From: Candidatus Xenobia bacterium
Lineage (GTDB): Bacteria; Vulcanimicrobiota; Xenobia; Xenobiales; QWHO01
Length of the DNA: 43,503 nt
Direction: 5' to 3'
Assembly (NCBI GenBank): GCA_045863235.1
Contig: BTUM01000067.1
Span: 1-43,503 of the forward strand
Positions within the stretch are counted from its first letter, which is position 1, and each line of letters starts with the position of its first letter. Below, piece by piece: positions 36,525 to 43,503 of the stretch. Both the position numbers and the translations under genes were made by a program. Below the pieces are notes generated by a model. The model was not told the origin of the DNA and made no database searches. It saw only the letters and a program-made list of their open reading frames with translations.

Positions 36525-36722
36525 ATGGAATCTGCGCTGTCAAACCCCAGGCCGGTCAGAGTCTCTTTCACGAGGCGAAGCCTCGCCAGAGTCAACGTCA
36601 CCATCGTCAACCAGAATGGTCTGAAATGCGACCAGTGCGGGCAGATTTGGTACCCCACGAAGTTGCCGTTGAGAGGAACTTGGTGGGAATGCCCGACTCG
36701 CGGCTGTAACAAGCCCGAGTAG
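36525..36722 (+). CDS. Small zinc-ribbon protein
   Basis: GGAGGT RBS; CDQCG...ECPTRGC; followed by a terminator. Confidence 0.6.
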   Translation: MESALSNPRPVRVSFTRRSLARVNVTIVNQNGLKCDQCGQIWYPTKLPLRGTWWECPTRGCNKPE

Positions 36723-36746
36723 TTCAGTGGAGGCGTGAACCAGACG

Positions 36747-36777
36747 GCCCCCGGAAGAACCCGGGGGCTTTTTCTTT
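36747..36777 (+). terminator. Intrinsic terminator
   Basis: GCCCCCGG-AAGAAC-CCGGGGGC then TTTTTCTTT. Confidence 0.75.
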
Positions 36778-36916
36778 ACGGGTGGAAGTTTGGGAAAAAA
36801 GACCGTAAAAGACCGTAGGCATCTTGCGCCCCGTCAAGCTAAGCGAAAAAGCGGGCGGCGAATCATGGGATTCAAGCCAAATTCACACTCCTGGTATGTC
36901 AGACCTCTACCTCTGG

Positions 36917-36939
36917 CCGGTGTCCATTTTGGTGTCCAT
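36917..36939. repeat. Arm-type integrase binding repeats
   Basis: CCGGTGTCCATTTTGGTGTCCAT; matches 18796-18818. Confidence 0.75.
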
Positions 36940-37002
36940 TCCCCCGCTCAAAAGGACTCTTTTCGACTCACTTTCGCTCACCAGAGAGGAAACCCCGAGA
37001 AG

Positions 37003-37030
37003 CAGAAAACCCGCTCTGTGGCGGGTTTTC
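37003..37030 (-). terminator. Element-supplied terminator for tRNA-Trp
   Basis: GAAAACCCGC-N6-GCGGGTTTTC hairpin just 3' of the tRNA. Confidence 0.65.
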
Positions 37031-37079
37031 GTTGGCAGGGGAGACAGGATTTGAACCCGCGGCCTACGGTTTTGGAGAC
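37031..37079. repeat. att site (49-bp direct repeat)
   Basis: Identical to 18691-18739. Confidence 0.95.
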
Positions 37080-37109
37080 CGTCGCTCTAACCAGCTGAGC
37101 TACTCCCCT
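37033..37109 (-). tRNA. trnW: tRNA-Trp (CCA)
   Basis: AGGGGAG-TAGCTCAGCTGGTTAGAGCG-ACGGT CTCCAAA ACCGT-AGGCC-GCGGG TTCAAAT CCTGT-CTCCCCT G CCA; TATAAT at 37122-27 upstream. Confidence 0.97.
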
Positions 37110-37161
37110 ATTTGCGCCCCCCATTATAGACAGGCCAGGGCCTGCTTGGCAAGAGCCGGGG

Positions 37162-37527
37162 TTACTCGTACCACTCCTCCATCCGGCCGTCCGGGTGACG
37201 GACCAGGACCTGGGTGAGGCCGTAGCAGCTCGTGCGCAGGGTGCGGGTGGTGCCTGGGCCATACTCGATGGACTGGCGGGCATCCTCGCAGTCGGCCTGA
37301 TAGGTGTAGATCACGCCGTCCAGGGTGGACTCGCGCTCCCAGCCGGAGCAAAGCAGGATCTCGGGGTAGTCGATGCGCGCATCCATCAGGCTGCGCAAAG
37401 GAGCGGGATAGCCGCACTCGGCCATGCCGCGCAGCAGGTTGGGCGATACATGGCCCGTGGAGTTGTTGTCGAGCAGGAGACCGCTAACGGTCACCGGTTT
37501 CATCATCGTCATCATAACGATTCCCAT
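37162..37527 (-). CDS. Hypothetical protein
   Basis: Coding-like ORF; start uncertain among several ATGs. Confidence 0.55.
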   Translation of the reverse strand: MGIVMMTMMKPVTVSGLLLDNNSTGHVSPNLLRGMAECGYPAPLRSLMDARIDYPEILLCSGWERESTLDGVIYTYQADCEDARQSIEYGPGTTRTLRTSCYGLTQVLVRHPDGRMEEWYE

Positions 37528-37700
37528 GATGTCCAGGCCCGTTGCGCATGCGTTGCACGGTTGTTTCCAAAAGGTTGCCGTATGGACAAGTCGCCCCGAC
37601 TGGTTCACGAACAGGTGCTCGTTTTTTATACCGGCGGTATCGGAACTTTGTTCGATTGAGCAAGCAGGCTCCCCCAGCCAGTTGCGGAAATCTGGCCGGT

Positions 37701-38810
37701 ATGCGCGTGCTCCTTCTCGCTCTCCTCGGGCTCGTGACTTTCGGCTGCACCTCCCCCACTTCCGTATTGCCGCCAGGTTCTGAGAAGGTCTCGAAGGAGC
37801 CCACGCCGCCCTTGCAGCTGGCAGCTCCACCTCTGCCGGGCAAGGACCTGGGAGAGGTCGACCTGTCCAGTGTGAGCGCTCAAGAACTGGCCGAGGGTGG
37901 CTCCTTGTTCATTGCTGAAGGCCGGTGGGACGAGGCAGCCCGGTGCCTGGCCTGGGCAGTGAGCCGGGGGGCGGACCAGCGCTACAACCTGGCCTGCGCG
38001 CTGGCCCGCAACAACCAGCTTGAAGCGGCCTTCTACTGGCTGCAGAAGGCGGCCCTCGAGGAGGGGGTGGACGCGGACTGGGCCACGCGCGACCCGGACC
38101 TGGCCCACCTGCGCAGCGATCCCCGCTGGTCCCAGGTGGGGCCCTTTCTGGGTGCCTGCAACGCGTACTACGCGCAGCAGGACCTCCTGCGGGTCAGTTG
38201 CGTGGTGCCCGAAGGGTACGATCCCGCCCAGCCCATCGTCACCGTGGTGGGACTGCACGGGCTGGGGGGCGATGAAGCGTTCATCAATGAGAACTATCAA
38301 GCGCTCTCGAACCGTCTGGGGGTTGCCTTCGCGGGAGTCAGCGGCACGCGAGCGCTCGGTCCGAAGTCCTACAGCTGGAGCGAAGACCGCGAGCAGGACC
38401 ACCGGCAGGTGCAAAGGGGGCTGCAGGCGCTCAAGCAGAAGCTGACCCCAGGTCAGGGCTCGATTGTGTTGTTCGGATTCTCACAAGGTGGCCAGATGGC
38501 GTTCGAGCTCGCTGCGGCGTACCCCGAGTCCTATGTCGGAGCGCTCTCGATGTCCCCTGGGCTGCGTGATGACGGGGAGCTCAGCGGTCTCACAGCCTCG
38601 CCGGGGAACAAGCATCAGCGCTTCATCCTGGTCGCGGGCGAGGAGGAGCATCCGGGGACGGTGGCCTGCGCGCGCGCGGACGCCGACTGGGCCAGGCGCG
38701 CTGGTGCTCAGGCGAAGCTGCAGCTCTACCCCAAGGTCAGCCAGCATGCCTTCCCACCCGACTTCCAGGAGGCGTTCCCGGGCTGGCTCGACTGGCTGCA
38801 AGGGAAGTAG
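37701..38810 (+). CDS. Lipoprotein with TPR-like segment and alpha/beta hydrolase (esterase)
   Basis: Lipobox-like VTFGC; YNLACALA TPR-like segment; GLHGLGG, GFSQGG, and C-terminal HAF. Confidence 0.85.
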   Translation: MRVLLLALLGLVTFGCTSPTSVLPPGSEKVSKEPTPPLQLAAPPLPGKDLGEVDLSSVSAQELAEGGSLFIAEGRWDEAARCLAWAVSRGADQRYNLACALARNNQLEAAFYWLQKAALEEGVDADWATRDPDLAHLRSDPRWSQVGPFLGACNAYYAQQDLLRVSCVVPEGYDPAQPIVTVVGLHGLGGDEAFINENYQALSNRLGVAFAGVSGTRALGPKSYSWSEDREQDHRQVQRGLQALKQKLTPGQGSIVLFGFSQGGQMAFELAAAYPESYVGALSMSPGLRDDGELSGLTASPGNKHQRFILVAGEEEHPGTVACARADADWARRAGAQAKLQLYPKVSQHAFPPDFQEAFPGWLDWLQGK

Positions 38811-38891
38811 GTTCGGTGACCATGGGTCGGTCCATGAAGTGCTCGAGGAGACAATCTTGCAACGGCTCGGCACCAAGCCAACGCGCGGCGC

Positions 38892-40592
38892 CTAACGGGC
38901 GACGGCGTTCTCGAAAGCCGGGCGCAGAGCGGGGTCAAAACGGGTGCCGAACTCGCCCCGCATCTTGGTGAGCAGCGCGTTGCGGTCGGCGCCCTTCTCG
39001 CTCACAGCCTCCACCCAGGCTTCGGCCACGGCCAGGACGCGAGCCAGGCGGGGGATCTCCTCCTCCTTCAGACCGTCGGGGGTGCCGCTGCCATTGTAAC
39101 GCTCGTGGTGGTGGCGCACGATGGGGATGACTTCCCGGAAAATCTTGACCCGCTCGAGCATGCGGGCGCCGACCTCGGCGTGGGCCGGGTCGTTGGGATC
39201 GGCGCATTTGACCTTGCCGATGTCGTGCAGCAGTCCGGCATAGCAGAGGCGCTCGATCTCGGGCGGCGAAAGCCCGAGCTCGCGGCCGATGGCGGTGGAG
39301 ATGCGGGCTACCTCGATCAGGTGGTGGCGGCTGATCCGGTCATGTTTCTCCAGGATCTCGATCAGAATCTCCACCGACTCGTTGAAGAAGTTCGTCAAAC
39401 GGCCCATGGTCTCGGCGTTCTGCAGGGCGATGGCCGCCTGGCTGCAGAGCACCTCCATGTACTTCTCGTCCACCTCGGTGAAGCCACCGGGGTCCGTCTT
39501 GTTGATCGCCTCGATGACGCCCAGTGGCTCGCCTCGATAGACCACCGGGCAGACCAGCACGGACCGGGTGGTGAACTGAACCGCCTCGTCCACCACCTTG
39601 CTGTGGCGCGGGTCGCGGCGCACGTCGTTGACGCGCATCATCTTGCGGTTCTGAATGGCGAAACCGGCCAGCGAGTGCTCGTCGAGCGGGAAGCGCACCC
39701 GCTTGACATCCTCTGAGCGCGGACCGAGCGATTCCTTGAAGAACAGGTCATTGCCACCCTCGCCGATCAAGATCAGCGAGGCTCCTTCCGCCCCGGTCAG
39801 CTCGGCGGCGGCGTGCAAGATGTGCTGGAACAAAAGGTTGCTGTCCAAAGTGGAGGTCAGCGCGTTGCCGATCTCCAGCAGGCGCTTGTAGGCTTCCAGC
39901 TCGTTGGAAGGAGGGGCGCTGCGGACCGCCACCGGCCCCGTACCCAGGCCCAGGCTGATGGGATTGACCTTCAAGGTCGTGGTGCCCACCGAGCCGCGCA
40001 GAAGCGAATCCTCCGACTTGGCCTTCTCGCGCGTGGCCGACATGAACTTGGGCTTCTCGCCGCTCTGCTCGGCCTCTTCCCGCTCGCGCTCCTTGGACTT
40101 GGCGGCCTGGGCCCCGGTGGGAGTGGAGGCGTCGATGTACTGGATGGTGACCTTGTAGGCCTCCTCCTGAGCCTTCAGGATGTCGCCGAGGAATCCCACC
40201 ATGGCCTCCACCTCGAGGCCGGTGCGCATCTTTACGTATTCGATGGCAAAAGTGTCATGAGGGTCGGCCATGGCCACCTGCACTTTGCCGTCACCCTTCT
40301 TCAGGCAGATCAGGTTGAACTTCTTGGCCATCGACTGGGGCACGGTCTGGGCCACCGAGGGGCTGACCCGCATGCAGGACAGATCCACCGAGGGGCGCCC
40401 GGTGATCGACTCGAGCACCTTCAAAAGGTCGGCCCGACTGACGTCTCCCGCCTCCACCACCAGCTGCTCGAGCGGTTTCTCGCTGCCGGCATTCTCCTGC
40501 AAGATCTGATCCAGACGCTTCTTCTTGAGCTTCTTGTCATTGATCAGAATCTCGGCAATCTTGTTATCGCGCTCGGGATTCACGCTCGGCAC
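38892..40592 (-). CDS. T2SSE_N(MshEN-like)-GAF-HD(GYP-like) signalling protein
   Basis: QVAMADP T2SSE_N motif; GAF (NDVRRDPRH, TTRSVLVCP); LHDIGK and HHHERYNGSGTPDGL. Confidence 0.85.
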   Translation of the reverse strand: MPSVNPERDNKIAEILINDKKLKKKRLDQILQENAGSEKPLEQLVVEAGDVSRADLLKVLESITGRPSVDLSCMRVSPSVAQTVPQSMAKKFNLICLKKGDGKVQVAMADPHDTFAIEYVKMRTGLEVEAMVGFLGDILKAQEEAYKVTIQYIDASTPTGAQAAKSKEREREEAEQSGEKPKFMSATREKAKSEDSLLRGSVGTTTLKVNPISLGLGTGPVAVRSAPPSNELEAYKRLLEIGNALTSTLDSNLLFQHILHAAAELTGAEGASLILIGEGGNDLFFKESLGPRSEDVKRVRFPLDEHSLAGFAIQNRKMMRVNDVRRDPRHSKVVDEAVQFTTRSVLVCPVVYRGEPLGVIEAINKTDPGGFTEVDEKYMEVLCSQAAIALQNAETMGRLTNFFNESVEILIEILEKHDRISRHHLIEVARISTAIGRELGLSPPEIERLCYAGLLHDIGKVKCADPNDPAHAEVGARMLERVKIFREVIPIVRHHHERYNGSGTPDGLKEEEIPRLARVLAVAEAWVEAVSEKGADRNALLTKMRGEFGTRFDPALRPAFENAVAR

Positions 40593-40617
40593 TTTCCCGA
40601 ATCTTGAAAGGACTCCT

Positions 40618-42639
40618 TCAGGCCGGCGCGACCGGGGAAACCCGCACCACGCCTTCGCGCGGCCAGACCAGCTCGAGGCGGACGAAGAGGCGCTCGCCGG
40701 CCGCGAAAGGACGGCCGGGAAGATGAGGGCAATCGGTCTCCCAGAGCACCTCGGTGATTTGAACCAGGTTCCGATCAGGGCCGTTCTGCAGCACCAGGGC
40801 GTCCAGCTCGTGACCTCGGCGAGCTTCCAGGTAGCGCAAGACCCAGTAGTTGCGCCGATCGCGCTCGAGCATCTCGGCCGTCTCCGAGGCCCGCTGGATC
40901 TGGGCCAGCACCTCCTGCATCTGCTCGCGCGAATACAGCGTTTGCCCCTGAAGAGCAGCCTTCAGCTGGCGTTGAAGCACCAGATCTCCGTAACGGCGGA
41001 TGGGCGAGGTGACCTGCAGGTAAGCGTCCAGGCCCAATCCGGCGTGGCGGGCCGGGTCGAGCCCCATCTCCCCCTTGCGCAAGAAGCGGCGCAGGCGAAA
41101 GAGGGCTACCGGGTCGCGAAAATCCTCCGGATTCAGAGCCTGCTCGGGAGCCGGCTGGCTGCGGTAGATGGCGGGCACATCCCGCTCGGCCAGGAACTCG
41201 CCGGCCAGACGGTTGGCCAGGATCATCATCTCGCTCACCAGCACCTGGCCGGGGGCAGTGGGTGACTCGCGCTCGATCTCCACCTCGCCCTGCACGCAAC
41301 GCACGTTCAAGCGCGGAAAACCAACCGTGATGGCCCCGCCCGCCTCGCGTTCGGCGCGCAGCGACTCGGCGATGGCGATCATGGGCTGCCAGTCGGCTCC
41401 GGCCGCCAGCTCAGCTTCAGCCTCCTGGTAGGTCAACCGCTGGCGCACTCGCACCAACGAGGGGTGCATGCTCTTGCCGACCAGCTTCAACGAGGCGTCG
41501 AACTCGGCCAGGAAGGAGAAGGCCGGACGGTCGTGGCCGGCCATCAGGCTGCAAGCATGCTCAGACAGGGGCGAGGGCAGCATGCGCACCTTGAGGTCGG
41601 GCAGGTAGATGGCCGTGCCCCGGTCGCGGGCCAGAAGGTCCAGCTCGCTGCCCGGCTCGACGTAGGCCGAGGCATCGGCGATATGGATGCCCACCCGGAA
41701 GCCCCCGTGCTCGAGCCGCTCCAGTGTCAGGGCGTCGTCGATCTCGGTTGTCTCGGCATCGTCGATGGTGAAGGCCTCCAGGTGGCGCAGGTCGAGGCGG
41801 GCCGAATCGTGCAAGGGAGCGGGATCCTCGCTCCGCGCTCTGGCCAGCTCCAGCATCTCGGAGGCAAAGTCGATGGCCACCCGGTTCTTGTGGAGCAGCA
41901 AGTTCTCATCGCTGGACCAGTGGCCGGCCTTGAGCATGAGCCGGAAAGCTGCGTCCTTGCCGCTGATGCCTGCCTGCTTGAGCAGAGTCTGCACCTCCTT
42001 GAAGCGGGACGCCTCGGTGCCGAACAGCGCCACCTCGCGGATCCAGGTGAAGTAGCGGCGAGCGGCCTCCTCGAACTCGGCCGGATAGCCGGTCGGCTCG
42101 GAGCCCTCGGGGCGCTGCCACAGCTTCTTGAGCCAGCCCGAGATCTGCTCGCGGTTCTGCTCCTTCTCGGCCTCCACCCGCAGGCGGGTGAGGATGTCGT
42201 CCACCTGCGCCCGGGGACGCAGCTGGTAGCGCTCTCCCTTGCGGGTGAAGTAGATGCGGTCGGCCTCCAGGGCCCGGTAGAGGCCGGACAGGTCCTCGGG
42301 CTGGTAGCTGGCGCCAAAGTAGAGCTCGGCCAGCTCCTTGAGCTCGTAGCTGTCGGCCGCGTCCTCGGCCAGCAGCTCGTAGAGCTCGTCCAGGGGGATC
42401 TCGGCCGCCACCTCCTGGCGCCGGCGCGAGGCCGACTGCAGGAAGGAGAGGGCCTGCTCGCGGGCCGGCTCGCCCGACAGGGTGGTGGGCTGGTGGAACA
42501 CCACCTTGCTGGCGGCCACCCTGTCCTCGCGGTTGTCCTCGGTCAGGAGGTAGAGCACGTCCTTGTTGTCGCGCTTGAGACAGATGGCGCAGGCCAGACG
42601 CTTGCCCTGCAGGTATTCCACCAGCGCTCCCGGATTCAT
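40618..42639 (-). CDS. Ribonuclease II/R family (RNB domain) exoribonuclease
   Basis: FTIDDAETTEIDDAL, GIHIAD, EMMILAN, HAGLGL..Y.QVTSPIRRYGDL. Confidence 0.92.
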   Translation of the reverse strand: MNPGALVEYLQGKRLACAICLKRDNKDVLYLLTEDNREDRVAASKVVFHQPTTLSGEPAREQALSFLQSASRRRQEVAAEIPLDELYELLAEDAADSYELKELAELYFGASYQPEDLSGLYRALEADRIYFTRKGERYQLRPRAQVDDILTRLRVEAEKEQNREQISGWLKKLWQRPEGSEPTGYPAEFEEAARRYFTWIREVALFGTEASRFKEVQTLLKQAGISGKDAAFRLMLKAGHWSSDENLLLHKNRVAIDFASEMLELARARSEDPAPLHDSARLDLRHLEAFTIDDAETTEIDDALTLERLEHGGFRVGIHIADASAYVEPGSELDLLARDRGTAIYLPDLKVRMLPSPLSEHACSLMAGHDRPAFSFLAEFDASLKLVGKSMHPSLVRVRQRLTYQEAEAELAAGADWQPMIAIAESLRAEREAGGAITVGFPRLNVRCVQGEVEIERESPTAPGQVLVSEMMILANRLAGEFLAERDVPAIYRSQPAPEQALNPEDFRDPVALFRLRRFLRKGEMGLDPARHAGLGLDAYLQVTSPIRRYGDLVLQRQLKAALQGQTLYSREQMQEVLAQIQRASETAEMLERDRRNYWVLRYLEARRGHELDALVLQNGPDRNLVQITEVLWETDCPHLPGRPFAAGERLFVRLELVWPREGVVRVSPVAPA

Positions 42640-42695
42640 GGCCGTCTTGTTCGCGAGAGGGGGCGGGCCGGACCTGTCGCGAAGGGCCGGCGCCT

Positions 42696-43503
42696 ATGCT
42701 GAACGTTGCCGAGTCCGCCGCCCGAGCAGCCGGCGAGCTGATCCGCCAGGCCTTCGCCGGCCCCGTCGCAGTGCGCCACAAAGGGGCAGTGGATCTGGTC
42801 ACCGAGGTGGATACCGCCTGCGAGGCCCTCATCCGCAACCGCCTGCTGGAGTCCTTCCCTCATCACGGCTTTCTGGGCGAGGAAGGGGGCGTTACGGCCG
42901 AAGCCGCCTCCATGTGGATCGTGGATCCGCTCGACGGCACCACCAACTTCGCCCACGGTTACCCGTTCGTGGCCGTCTCCATCGGCCTGGAGGTCAACGG
43001 GGTGATGGAGCTGGGCGTGGTCTACGATCCTCTGCGTGAGGAGCTGTTCACCGCCCGGCGCGGAGAAGGGGCGCGGCTCAACGGCAGGCCCATCGCAGTC
43101 AGCGACCGTTCGAGGCTGGAGGAGGCGCTGCTGGTGACCGGCTTTCCCTACTCCTACCGGCGCGACCCGGAGCGAATCCTGGCGCTATTCAGGGCCTTCT
43201 CGTTGCGCGCTCGAGGCATGCGACGTGATGGCGCTGCGGCGCTGGACCTGTGCTACCTTGCCTGCGGGCGATTCGACGGGTTCTACGAGTTGGGCCTGGC
43301 TCCCTGGGACACGGCGGCGGGGAGCCTGATTGTGAACGAGGCCGGGGGTATGCTCACCGATCTCGAGGGGAAGCCGTTTGACATCCGCCGGCCCTCGATG
43401 CTGGCCAGCAACGTGCGGCTGCACAAAGAGATGCTGGACGTGGTGTGGTGGGGGCGGGGCGCCGGGTCCCCGCCCCCCCACGGTGTGGGATGGGGAGAAG
43501 GAG
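42696..43503 (+). CDS. suhB: Inositol monophosphatase family protein (no stop before window end)
   Basis: DLVTEVD, FLGEEG, WIVDPLDGTTNFAHG, GAAALDLCYLACGRFDG, PWDTAAG. Confidence 0.92.
   Translation, partial: MLNVAESAARAAGELIRQAFAGPVAVRHKGAVDLVTEVDTACEALIRNRLLESFPHHGFLGEEGGVTAEAASMWIVDPLDGTTNFAHGYPFVAVSIGLEVNGVMELGVVYDPLREELFTARRGEGARLNGRPIAVSDRSRLEEALLVTGFPYSYRRDPERILALFRAFSLRARGMRRDGAAALDLCYLACGRFDGFYELGLAPWDTAAGSLIVNEAGGMLTDLEGKPFDIRRPSMLASNVRLHKEMLDVVWWGRGAGSPPPHGVGWGEG

Larger units (their letters stand above)
18691..37079. mobile_element. tRNA-Trp-integrated phage satellite / PICI-like element (~18.4 kb)
   Basis: Flanked by identical 49-bp repeats that include the tRNA 3' end. Carries integrase, repressor, xis-like genes, replication ATPase, TerS, protease and TMP. 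Confidence 0.9.

Noticed and set aside
18691..37079. Complete prophage
   Set aside because: No recognisable capsid, portal, TerL, tail tube or lysis genes within the att boundaries.
37552..37570. Sigma-54 promoter (minus strand TGGAAAC-N5-GTGCA)
   Set aside because: GG-N10-GC spacing is present but the match to TGGCAC/TTGC is weak; not supportable.
43440..43503. C-terminal extension of SuhB as a novel fusion
   Set aside because: G-rich low-complexity run at the window edge; could be a repeat or poor-quality sequence and cannot be judged.

Overview
High-GC bacterial chromosomal window with three parts. (1) Positions 1-18690 carry a promoter/terminator-bounded tRNA-Gln-like RNA with a broken acceptor stem, a signalling cluster (WD40-caspase, cNMP-binding protein and PolB-type nucleotidyltransferase, divergent from a CHASE2 adenylate/guanylate cyclase), and a block of otherwise unrelated proteins. 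Several of these share a C-terminal 'E-x3-4-(L/V)xVGGxxxxRR' tail and/or an unusual leaderless promoter, TTCA-N11-TANNCT-N6/7-ATG. (2) An ~18.4 kb integrative element sits in tRNA-Trp(CCA) between perfect 49-bp direct repeats (18691-18739 and 37031-37079). It encodes a tyrosine integrase, HicAB, a repressor, two excisionase-like paralogs, an SF3-like ATPase with an iteron origin in its 3' end, a small terminase, a RecU-like nuclease, a Mu-like head protease/scaffold, and a tape measure protein flanked by two paralogous tail-assembly-chaperone-like genes. I see no major capsid, portal, large terminase, tail tube or lysis genes, so it looks like a phage satellite that remodels a helper's tail and possibly its head. 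(3) Positions 37110-43503 hold host genes: an esterase lipoprotein, a T2SSE_N-GAF-HD protein, an RNase II-family protein and suhB. All product calls come from motif recognition by eye; no database searches were run.
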